A stretch of 64,000 bases of DNA from Lytechinus pictus. Its lineage: Eukaryota. The position numbers were made by a program, and so were the translations under genes. This document shows positions 13,942 to 25,269 of the stretch, in pieces (the first letter of the stretch is position 1; the number at the start of each line of letters is the position of its first letter). The notes beneath the pieces are model-generated. The model was not told the DNA's origin. It was given only the letters and a program-made list of their open reading frames with translations, and did not search any database. The DNA is taken from positions 3,226,001 through 3,290,000 of the forward strand of contig NC_087245.1 of the NCBI RefSeq assembly GCF_037042905.1, in the 5' to 3' direction.

Positions 13942-14098
13942 GAGAGCGTTTCATCAATATTTTTGTCCGACAAGTTATCAGATCTGACAACTTTCTTTGA
14001 TTCTGATTGGTCGAGAGGCACTGTTCCTATGGCAACTGTCGGATAAAACACGACTTGTCGGATGAAACGTCCAACAAATCCTTTCATGAAACGCTCCC
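13942..14098. mobile_element. PIF/Harbinger-like MITE (copy 1 of the GGGAGCGTTTCAT family)
   Basis: TIR GAGAGCGTTTCAT / ATGAAACGCTCCC, flanks CTG/ATG; closely similar copy at 46668-46823. Confidence 0.85.
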
Positions 14099-16262
14099 AT
14101 GATAACTCCATCCACCGCACTTGGCAAATGTTTTGATCTTTAACAGTCCCGTGGGGATGTCTCAGAGTGCGCTTATACCCCCCCCCCATTGAATGGACAA
14201 AGAGGAGAGAAATGAAGAGAAAAAACGAGAGAAACGAATGAAAGTGAGAAAATGATTGTGAGGGTGAGTGTGTGTGTGTCTGCGCACGTGTTTCGGTATT
14301 TATAATGATATTAATATATACTATACATGCAATGGAGAACAACTACTACATACCCGGTACACATGTCATGTAAAAAATGAAAGATGAGTAAGATAAAACG
14401 AGCGGAAAAGGAGACACAATAACAAAAATATAAATAGACATCGATGCAGAAAAGACTCCCAACTTCCATATCTCACTGATTCATTTAAGCATTACAGTAC
14501 TGATACCACTCTACATTATGACAATTTTTGTCTTTTGCCATTTTATGAAATGGACTTCTTTATAATTGCCAATTAATATGTAGAAAAAATGAGAAATCTG
14601 ACATTAAAGAAATTCTTGATAATTATAAAAGTACAGATCATGGTAGATGTAGAAAGCTTAAAAGTGGAATGAATTCAAGTCATCCACTATATGATTGCCT
14701 TCTCAAGACATAAACTGGATTCATGTGACTTACATTTGACATTCATGGTATCAGTTAAACTGCTTCCAGAGTGACTCTTTCTTACTCTCACCTTATTGCA
14801 ATATTTGAATATGCAATGAAATATCCACTTTACAACCCATCGTCATTTTTTCCATTGTTCATTTATAATATCCTTGACTATTTATATACATTTGAAGAAA
14901 GAAAAACAAAAACGTAATTTGTTATTTTCTTTCTCTTCCTATTTTTATTGATGATATGTCTCAATAGTCCAAACTATTTTTAATTCAAATTTGAAAAGTA
15001 ATTTTTCATGTCATAGTACTTGTAGGCCTGATAATATATAGAGAAAACAAAGAAAATTTTCAGTGTCCTGAAACTGAGATTAAAAAAGTGCTCAATATAT
15101 TTTGCCGTCAGTTATTTGAAATGCAGGAAGACTCAATAATTGAAAAAAGAACGTACACACTTTGAAATATTTTCCCTTTATTTGATTTGCGATCAGAATA
15201 CAATGGGACAACAAAATACAATAAAAAGTGTTATAGTGTTGTGTCTTTATTGACTTTAAAGATTTTTTGTCTAATTACCAAAGTGATGACGTCACAATTT
15301 GTGTTATGCATCTTCTTTTTTTATATATTCATTTAGATTCATATCTTGAATGAGCACCATAAAAAAACCATTCACAGCCCAAATTTGGTAGGACTCGCTT
15401 CAACCATACCAACATCGAATTCACAACACTGAAGTGAATTTATTTTTGCCTTGCTTCTAAATATTAATAATGATGTTAATATTCAATGTCAAGGTTTAGC
15501 CTTTCGAGATATAAACGTTAAGTACTTTAGATAAATTAGACATTTTGTTTTCAGCCGCATTTCCGGAAATTTATCAATTGTTTTACATCTCTACATTTTG
15601 TATATACTTATGTACTTCTACAACGATGGGCAAGGGGGGAGTCAGCTAGGCATGCTTAAGTCCCTCAAAGAGCATCTAACTGTTGGTCCTTTGGTTTCTT
15701 ACTATCAAGCATTCACGCTTTATAATCAGTCAGGTACATGAACATTCATGAACAAATTTTAAAGTCTTGTAATCAGAAATTCGGCTAGTAAAGAGCACCG
15801 ATGCCGAATAAGTACTGTTTTTATGAATCTAGACAAAGTGGTGGACAGGTTTGCTGCTCCTCCTAATGAGAAATACATACGAGATAAACGTGAAGTCCGT
15901 TGTCTTGGCAACTGTTGTCGATAAAGGTATGCCAGATCTCCGATTGCATATGTTATGAACTGAATAAACACAATCCAACTGTAGCTGCAGTTTTGGATGA
16001 AATTAGTAGGTTAGATTTTTTTAAGGTATATATTTTTGAATGTATATGGAAGATGTCATATATTATGTCAATGGTTGTTTTGTTTCTAAGTGAAGGGACA
16101 TGTTAATGTTTATTCTACAAATAAAGGGAGAGCAAGTTCACCATTTTTTTTTTTATAAAAACGTATCAAATCGGAAAGAGAGGGCAAATCTAATTCGCAA
16201 GTCATTACACATTAAAGTTTAATCCTAAGATAACCCGATTGCATTATTTTTTTGTATTTTTT

Positions 16263-16590
16263 CAATGGTGTAATAAGCCAAAAGCTTTGAGGGGCACAAC
16301 TTGGCAAGTGGAGCAAGACATTTATCAAAAACAAGCGAATTTTTACCCTTTTTCAGATTAAAAACTAATTTGTTATGAAATTTGCATTATATTTTAAAGA
16401 ATATCATAGTTCAACTTTATATATTCTTTTCCTTTCTTTTTTTTCTCCTTTTATTTTTTTATTGGTAGGGGAATTTTTTTAGGAGCCAGTGTAATGAAAT
16501 ACAGCAAATATAGAGCCTAAAAAAATCCTGAATTATTTGAATAATGCATAAATCATGGGTGTTCTGACCCCCTATCTGTATGTACCCCTC
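16263..16590. mobile_element. Degenerate member of the CAGTGGCGTAAT-type hAT-like family also seen at 47.6-48.6 kb
   Basis: CAATGGTGTAATAAGCCAAAAGCTTTGAGGGGCAC resembles CAGTGGCGTAATAAGGCTAAACTTTTGTGGAGGTC at ~47677. Both share an internal unit and a pyrimidine tract. Confidence 0.45.
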
Positions 16591-17004
16591 TCTCTTTCAC
16601 TCCCCCTCTCCCCTCTCTGTCTCTCTATCATACTCTTATTCGACTTATTAAATTAATGCAAGTACTACAAGATCAAGTAATTTTTATGAGAATTTATTTG
16701 CTGATGTGAAGCTTAAGTTGCTGTGAAGATACGACATAGATATTCATATATTTGATGTTGAGAGGAGAAAAATTAAGATAAATCTCAATAGGATAGTAGT
16801 GGGTAGGCAATAAAGGGAATACGTCGGTAAGAGGAATGATACGCTTGAATCTCTCGAATTACAAATTCTGTTTTAAGCTGAAAAACACACAATTTTAAAG
16901 GACGCTTAAGTCGAAATCCAACAAAGATTTGCGAAGCTTTTCCTCATAGATCAGGAATATGATCGAAGGTACTCTTGATTTTTTTAATGATTTTTTTGTT
17001 TTAC

Positions 17005-19330
17005 TGATGATGTTCGTCCTTCGCTAGCAAAGACGATCACAACTTCAAAAACTCCTGTGGGTACGAAGATGGCTGAATAGACCAATCTTCGCCCGAACAA
17101 GTCTGTTGCAATGTGGGCAAGCACCAGCCGGCAGTGGGGCAGGCGCACAGCGATGACGCTTGTTCTGACCACCATGCAAGCGCTTGCCTTCCATCAGCTC
17201 GCCGTAGAGAAGTCTCTTTGGCAAACGCCCTTCGGCCATTATGTGGTCATGACCTGCCCATCTTAGCTGGGAGTGCTTGAGCATGGCAATAATACTTCCC
17301 ATCCGAGCTCTCTGCAAAACCTCTGTGTCTGGCACTTTGTCCTGCATTTAGATAAAGAAATGGTATTGGAAAGAATTCAACTGCCTGGCTTGCCAGTTGT
17401 AGACTGTCCAAGCGTCACATGCATATAGAGACGACAGGACGGCAGGATGACTGCCCGATACACAATTTGTTTGGTCAGCACTCAGCAGACTTATTCATCT
17501 TCTCTCCCAGACCGTTCTCTAAGTCTGCTGAAAGCCGAAAAGGAACTTGCAATTTTGTAAGTTACCTTTCAATCAATCCTGACAGACCGAGACAGCGTAC
17601 TACCAAGGTAAATAAACTTATCTGCAACCGTCAAGTTCTCACTGTTGACATTGATGGAATGCTCTGTGTAGAGAATTGCAGGAACTAGCTGAGGCATCAC
17701 TTCAGTCTTCTTTGTGCCAATTGTCAAAAAGTCATCACATTCTTTGGCAAGCAGGTCCATGATTTCCTGCATGTCAGACTGGGTACTAGCATTCAATGCA
17801 TAGTCATCAGCAAAGAGAAAGTCACTGGCTGAATCTTCCTGGATTTTGGTTTTAGCTTGTAGTTTCCGTAGGTTGAACAGCATCCGTCAGTATGGAATCT
17901 GAAGTCCACTCCAATGTCGCCTTCATAAAAAGCATCCGTCAGCAAAGAACATCAGACTGAACAGGACATCGTTTGTGACAGGGAAAGGCTTTGAGTGCAC
18001 ATCTTGGTTCTGCACGCTAACTTGCATGCCATCATTGAATTGTTTGACAAGTGAGATAAACTTGGTAGGACAGCCGAACATAGCCATGATCATCCAGAGT
18101 CCTTCTCTGTAGACAGTGTCGAATACCTTAGTCAGGTCCACAAAGCTGGTATAGAGACCAACATTCTGACCCTGTCTGAATCCACACTGACTTTTAGGTC
18201 ACAAAACTTCTTCCAGATGAGAAATGAGATAGCAGCTAGGATCTTTCCAGCAATGCAGAGTAACGAGATGCTGCAATGGTTGTAACATGTCTGGCGGTTC
18301 CCTTTCCGCTTGTACAAGTGAACGATTGAAGCTGCGGGATTTTCTTTTGGTTACATATGGATTGGAATAGCTGTAAGAGCTTCTTGATCAGGGTTGGAAC
18401 ACCACCGGAGTAGAATTCTGTAGAATTCTGTAGAGTCACCGCTAGGTGCTTTTCCACTGGACAGACGTTTCACAGCCTTTTCTACTTCAGCCAAAGAAGG
18501 AATGCCGGCAAGAGAGTGCTGAGTTGAAACCTGGGGAAGCCTGACGATCGCCTCTCCGTTTGATGGCAGATGGACGGTTAAAGACATTTCTGAAGTGCTC
18601 AGCCTAGAGTTCATGAACTTTTCCCTGTCTGTTATCAGTTCATTCCAATCAGCATAAGACTGCATCGTATCTCGTGGGTGTTTCATAAAGCTGTTCGATG
18701 GTTTAGCGCGTAAGAAAGGACCACCAGTCATTCTTATAGCCAAGTATCCTGCTTGTGGCGTAGTTCCACCTGCACACGTCTTTTGATTTGGCAGTAAGCA
18801 TCTTTCTTTGACTGTGAAGATGGGTCGTTAAGGTGTGCACAGTGAAAGCGATGTTTCTCGTAAAGCAACGACTTGATGCGGTCATAGTTGTCATCAAATC
18901 AGTCCTGGGGCTTACGTGTGGTGGTACCCAGCATATCAGAGGCACCGGCAAAGATAGTATCACGAAAAAGCGTCCAAGCAAACTCAACATCGTGTGGGTA
19001 AAGCTCTGCTGTTGCTATTTGCTGTTGAATTATTCTGTCAGTAACTGCGTGACCTCACCTTTCTTAAGCTTTTGTACATCCAGACGTTCTGCATTGGGTG
19101 TCTTCTTTCCTTGGGCGTCTGGGTGGCTGGATCCTGATATTTAGCTTTGAGATTAACAAGTGGCGATCTGTCCAGCATTCTGCGCCACACATGCGTGGTC
19201 ACTCTGGCATTGAAGTCACCAAGAATGATGTCGTCATTGACCTGTCTTTATCCAGTGGAAAGACTGGTCGAGACGGCTGGAGATAAGTCAGGATACAGTG
19301 GCTGGTAAGCAGTGTACTATGTGTCGCACA
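17005..19330 (-). mobile_element. RTE-clade LINE, heavily frameshifted and internally deleted (endonuclease end, reverse transcriptase, C-terminal C2H2-like motif)
   Basis: Colinear minus-strand fragments: ...CGAECWTDRHLLISKLNI (end of the APE endonuclease), EVEKAVKRLSSGKAP, YKRKGNRQTCYNHCSISLLCIAGKILA, DLTKVFDTVYREGLW, LFNLRKLQAKTK...DFLFADD (RT catalytic motif), FIYLGSTLS, QDKVPDTEVLQRA...QLRWAGH...RLPKRLLYGEL, CPHCNRLVRAKIGLFSHLRTH. Short 3' UTR ends ...CGAAGGACGAACATCATCA. Confidence 0.95.
18674..18735. mobile_element. Deleted copy of the 10484 MITE nested in the RTE LINE
   Basis: GTGGGTGTTTCATAAAGCTGTTCG (identical to 10484-10507) is joined directly to ATGGTTTAGCGCGTAAGAAAGGACCACCAGTCATTCTT, which matches the right arm of that MITE. 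Confidence 0.8.
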
Positions 19331-22300
19331 GTGCCCTAATCACGCTCCTCAACGCTCAGCAATATCCGCCATCCTGTCCGTTGAACCACTCTGGTGGTTT
19401 CCTCAGCGTAGTCTGCCAGATCCAGACATGCAAAGGGTGACAGACCCTATTTCAAAGAATGTGGCTGCTGTTGCATGTAGACAGCTACTATGCGCCACGA
19501 GAATGGGTATATTTAAGTAGATATGAAAGAAGAGGTGAGGCTCTACTATAAAATGAATAACTGGTAAAATACTAGATTCCGTTTCAAAGTATACGCGATT
19601 TTCAGCGTTCAATGCTTCGCCACCCTCGAACATTCATATCCTTCGTAAAACGCTTGTTCGTCAGGGGAAGGTTTTGTACAAAACTACCGATACTGGCCGT
19701 GACGTCTGTCTAAGAGTTTGAAAAAGTCTATTAGAATTTTGTTTCCGTTGCTTAGCAACGAATGATCTGGGTCTCAGTCTGAGTGTCTTTATTGTACAAG
19801 AATAGAATAGAGCAAATGTTGTTTCAATTGGCTAGTGGATTTGCCTAACACTCTACACTAAGGAAGTCTCACGCCTCGCTTGTCTTTTCAGATATTTGGA
19901 AGGCTTTTAATGATGTTTTTAAATATATATTCGTATAAAAACCCATGTTAGTGCATTCGAACATACTGTCTAACGAGTCATAAAGAAGTGCCTTGGGAGA
20001 TAAGGGTGGAAATAAGAAGCAGATGACATAAGGATGATGCTCAAACAGATCAATAAGGAGAGAAACAACACACCTACATCTTAAAGGAAGACTTATAAAT
20101 ATATTTTCAGTGAATACAAAGTGAAAGTGACAATATTGTTGAGAAACAGTGAGTTAGATATCTTTCCAAAATACTTGCCATTTTTTTAGAATGCTACATT
20201 GCTAAATAATTTCTAGATTTCGTTAATGATTAAAATTGGATTATAACAGAGTAGATCAAGCCACAACGTTTGATTTATTATCGTTATAATTGTCTTGAAT
20301 GATTTCAAATGATATATTTCCAAAGTCAGTGACAGGACATAGCGAACTAACCCAATACTCAACAAAATCTATGTCACTCTGAATAAAAACAAACAATTGC
20401 ATAAAAAAAAAATCATCGTCATATGACAATAGTGTGTTCATAGTAAATGTGAAATAGAAATCTTCAATATAAAGCGTCGTGTAGATTCAGTAATGATTTT
20501 AATGTCTAATGAACCAGACAGTCTATGAATGTAACGTGGGGACAATTAATTAGAATCCGTATGGCTGGGTATTGTGCGTTTTCTGCTTTCGTCTCTTAAT
20601 AAAGAGTATATGTTAGTGATAAACATTAAAGATCACATAATTCTTAGTTAGAAAGGGCAGAAATTGCATATACATAATACTAGAATTATAAATTCACACG
20701 TTACTAAAGTGTTTTATTTTGAAATTAATATTTGTTCATGACGAATGAAAGGAAAAGATTTACAATCATAATGATAAGGTGGTGGATGAAACCAAAAAAT
20801 ATTGCACTGCAAGCAGAAGAAACTAAAGCTAGGCCGATCAAACTTACTTGGTCGAATCATAATTGAAAAGAAACCAGAATGCTTATATTTTGTCTTTCTA
20901 ATGTGAAGCTACTACTACCTTGCATTACGATGGTCATCATTTCCCAAGGTTCCCTAGGGAAAATTTGATGTAGAAAAACAAGGAGCCTACAAACCTGTCG
21001 GGTAAGGATTCGTATCAAAACATGCTCTCAATTCAGTCCCATGCGCTTCAAGTTATGTCCTTCTCAACCGCTTTAACACTTGCCGCAGGCCTAGGTAACA
21101 CCTACCCATCACTCAAAATACCGATTACATGCTTTAAGATTTCGGGAGTCATGGAAAGTAATAAACAGCATTACATGGAATTCAGAATAAAACCATTCAA
21201 GTGCAGGTACTAACAACATATTAGCACATATTAACAATGTTATTATAAGACAATCGTGATTTTCAATGAACATAAACTTTGTTTAGAAAAGGGGCCTATA
21301 GGCCTAAGCGAAGAATACAACGCGGCATAACAATGATTTCGTTTGATAAAAAATATCAAGGCTTGCACAATTTCAAACTTTTTTGTTTATTGCAAATCTC
21401 TAGTGAAAAGATAAAGTGGGAGTATACGAACTTGCTACTTATACACACTTGTACAAATTGCTACTCCGTCTTCGACATGGTTTTTGACTACTCTAACATA
21501 ATTCAACACGAGTACTTTTAAGAGATTGTCTGATGACATGGGCATATACGTGCAAATTACATGCTAACAAAAAACTTTTAGGTCCAAAATTTAAGATGTT
21601 ATGGCCAGGAGAGTGAATTATAAGTGATGCGAAATGCCATGCTATTTGAACATTGATCCAAGATTTCAATGATAACCAGATAAAAGAAAAGAGATAAGGA
21701 GGAAATGGAAGAAACTGAGAAAGAGTGTGGACCAGAATGGGCGTGTGCGTGCGTGTATGTGGGGTATTTATGAAAATGTATGTGCATGGTGTGTATGCGG
21801 ATGTGGGTGAGGGTGGATGGAATGATGCGTGTGTGTGTTTGCGTGCGTAGGGAGAAGAGAGGAAGAATAAGATAGATCGCGAGGGAGAGATTTTAGGGGT
21901 ATAGGAAGGTTATCATACCAGATTAATAGATTCAAGTGCATGCAGATGATCTGATGAACAGATAAAGTAAAGAATTATACTTACTGACTCACGTCTACCA
22001 TCCAAGTATGGTCATGTATCTTGGAATACTCGATATTTAGTAATTTTATGAAGGTGACCCGAGAAGAGCGATGGAGAGAGTGACATAAGAAAGAAAGGGT
22101 AGATGGGCGGGGGCATATGAATACAAATGCAAGAAAAGTAGTCGCCGATAAGGAGAATAGATGAAGAATTGAATATTTACATATTTAAAGAAAAGAAAGT
22201 GAGGACTATTTCATATTGAAAAATGTAACAAGTTCGAGGCGATCATAATGATATAATAACATGCATTACAATAATCAATCTTATTTTTCGGGAGAACCCT

Positions 22301-23179
22301 GGGTTAATTCATCAATATCACAAAGATTACTTTACGATTCACCTTTTCCAACATATGCAAAATGTTAAAGTGGTCTGAATTCAAATGGCGTAACAAAGGT
22401 GCGAAATCGATATCTTATGTCTTGAACCCAAGGCGCCACAACTAACGGCCAGCTCTGTCTCAAACCACACGAACTTGGGCAAACGAGCCCATGCCATGTA
22501 TTCACTCGGTAGTATAGAGCTTTTACACGGCTGACATCATTCAAGTACCCTGGTCGGTAGCAATGCATGTTCTGATTTGCCTTAGGACGGTGTATGTACA
22601 TAATAATGAAGATTAAAATCATAGCAGAATAGGCATTTGACACGCCATCGGTAAATGGCTGTCTACTCCAATATTAAAACGCATCGGTTTGTCAACTTTA
22701 TATGTATCCTAAGTGAGATTCTCGTTCAGATTTTTTATACTTCATTTGTATTTAACCATACTACCGTTTGGGTCTTCCAGTAATGCTTTTCCGAGGTATT
22801 GTTCTTTTCTTTGGTTACTTTGTATCTCCAAACTGACCTTATAACTTACAGTGAGGCGGATACAATGTACCCCTACACTGCTCTCATTTATTACGTCAGA
22901 ACAAAGGAAATATTCAAACACCAGTATCAGGGAGTATGATAATAATGTGGTAAAAATAAGCTACTTGGAAAGCCGATGGAAATAGTTTGGAAATGGCGGG
23001 AAATTGTCTATAATAGATGCAACGCAACGTCTCTACCGTTCAGTCAACCACTTGTTTACTATTCATCAGCCAAGTTCTTCTTCCAACTCATCTTGGTGCA
23101 CGCAACTACCAAGTCATCTCATATCAATCGGTGAACAAGACTCGGAGACCATACAGCCCCAACAGTGGAGATAATTTGT

Positions 23180-23340
23180 GTTTCCATGACAACTGATGTC
23201 ACGTGATATGCCTGCCGGAGATTTAACACGCCAAACATCGTACCCAAGACTTGGGAGGAATGTTTCGTTTTACGGGAGACCCTTTGTTAAAAGAAGGTTT
23301 TGACATAGCGGTTGTCGTATGGAAGTGACGTCATTGCAAT
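23180..23340. promoter_or_regulatory. Candidate cis-regulatory cluster: RFX X-box, E-box and ETS-CRE composite
   Basis: GTTTCCATGACAAC (23180-23193), followed after 4 bp by GTCACGTGAT, and GGAAGTGACGTCA (23321-23333), all in non-repetitive DNA. Confidence 0.4.
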
Positions 23341-23751
23341 TAATACTGCTGGAAGACTTTACTAGAATACAGGGGGGGGAAACGGAACAAATTCATAATA
23401 ATGTTTGAAAGAAAGGTCAAATTTTATGTTAGCACCGTCTTTGCAATTTGCGCCTCAACCAGTCCATGGATATTATAACAGAATGACTGCTTTAAGAATA
23501 AACCCGAAATATGATGATCCATCGAATTCTTGTAATTATTTCTACCTTTTGATAACTTAGATAATATATATTTTAAATAAATATCAAACGAATTCTTAAA
23601 ACAATGTCAATCGTCCAATAAAATTTATGTAATGTATTTAATAAAAATTATTTTCATTATATTGTATATCTTACGTACGTTCGTCGGAAATTAGCTATGA
23701 ATCGACTCAATAACACACGTATTAATATCAACTCGACCATTTGCCATGTAA

Positions 23752-24030
23752 ATAATAATAATGATGATAATGATGATGATAATGATAATAATAATATAGC
23801 ACTTATGAGACGCCGATTTATCTAGTTCCCTATTCGATGGCTCACTACATATTACCCCGGCTGTAGTTCTAGCTGCTAAAGGCGCTTGGGGCATTCAAGG
23901 AATTAATCTTGCCGGGTATCCTTTCACCTCACCTGGGTTTAGTGCAGCACAATGTGGATAAATTTCTTGCTGATGGAAAACACGCCTTGGGTGAGATTCA
24001 AACCCAAGTCCCTCTCATTAAAAGACGAGA
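23752..24030 (-). mobile_element. tRNA-derived SINE (family A) with simple-repeat tail
   Basis: Minus strand reads CTCGTCTTTTAATGAGAGGGACTTGGGTTTGAATCTC (B-box-like)...CAGCAAGAAATTTATCCACATTGTGCTGCACT...CCCAGGTGAGGTGAAAGGATACCCGGC...GCCGGGGTAAT, then a (TAT/CAT)n tail; homologous to 24781-24988. Confidence 0.8.
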
Positions 24031-24780
24031 TTCGTCAGGATGAACACATTTTTTTCAATGACAATTTAAAAATCATCACGAGTAATTCGTGAATAATGAG
24101 CCAAAATACTTTCGTTTCATGAATAACCAATTTGATATTTTTTTCTAAATGCTTGTTCTGTACTGACGACAGTTAAAGCAGAATTCCCTTTAAATATGGA
24201 GTTGGTGCCGTTCGTGGAAAATAAAAATAGGTCCTTAATGGATGGTGAAGCCCTTGATATATGTGCACACAACTGTCTGATGGACGAACTATATCTGAGA
24301 TTATTCTTTCTTTCTCTCTCTCTCTCTCTCACTCTCTCTGCATTTTTCTTGAATTAATAGATTTTGATTTCTTTTCCTTAATTTGTATCTTCCTTTCTCA
24401 ATTTTTTCGATTTCCCCAATTTCTTCTATCTCTTACGTCTCTCGTCTGTGTCTTTCTTGATCTTATCATTGAACCCCATGTCAAATATATCTGTCCATCT
24501 TTCTTATATTTTCCTTCTCTCTTTCTATTCAAATCTTTCTCCCTCTTTACTTATCGTAAATAATACGTCATAATAATAATTGAAACAAAGCCTCTTGATA
24601 GAAAGATGTAGATGATAAAGATAGAATGATTGATAATAGAAAATGAAACATATCTTGTGAACCATCTGTTGATGATTTTTATCGATTTCACATAAATTCA
24701 CTGTTTCTTTCATTATTGATATTGTCAGTATTATCATAATTATTATGATTATTATTTTTATTATTAAAACAGTTATCATG

Positions 24781-24988
24781 GGCTCATCGTGGTCTGTTGA
24801 TTGTGACTCGCGTCTTTCAAACAGATGGTCGTTTATGGGTTCGAATCTGAGTCATGGCCTGTTTTCCTTCAGCAAGATATTTATCCATAGTGTGCTATTC
24901 TCAGCCTAGTTAAGGTGAATGGATAGTCTTATTCATTGAATTCACTCAACACTAAAAGAGGCAGCTCGAGCTAAAGCCGGGACAATAT
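24781..24988 (+). mobile_element. tRNA-derived SINE (family A), second copy in inverted orientation
   Basis: A-box-like CGTGGTCTGTTG, B-box GGTTCGAATCT and core CAGCAAGATATTTATCCATAGTGTGCT...AGGTGAATGG...GCTAAAGCCGGG. Confidence 0.8.
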
Positions 24989-25233
24989 CCCACGAAAAAT
25001 ACTATAGGAGGATTGAAAGAAAAAAAAATACTATAGGAAGACGACCCTATGCTGATGCCTTATATGATAATAATTGTCATTATCATTGTTGTTATTTTTG
25101 TTGTTATTATTATTAGAATAAAAGGATTCCCCCAAAGTTTAATGAATATCTGTTAGAATTGTCATTATCATAACTATTCTTATTACTATTCTTTCTAGTA
25201 TTATTAAAATAATAATAATAAAAATAAGTAGTA

Positions 25234-25267
<34 letters not shown>
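25234..25267. repeat. (TAG)n microsatellite
   Basis: Direct reading. Confidence 0.9.

Positions 25268-25269
<2 letters not shown>

Noticed and set aside
15760..15924. Peptide ...TVFMNLDKVVDRF... faintly like the RT motif FLDLSKAFD
   Set aside because: No flanking RT motifs in any frame; the match is too weak
22365..22643. 92-aa minus-strand ORF in unique sequence
   Set aside because: No recognisable domain or convincing splice sites; the length is within chance expectation
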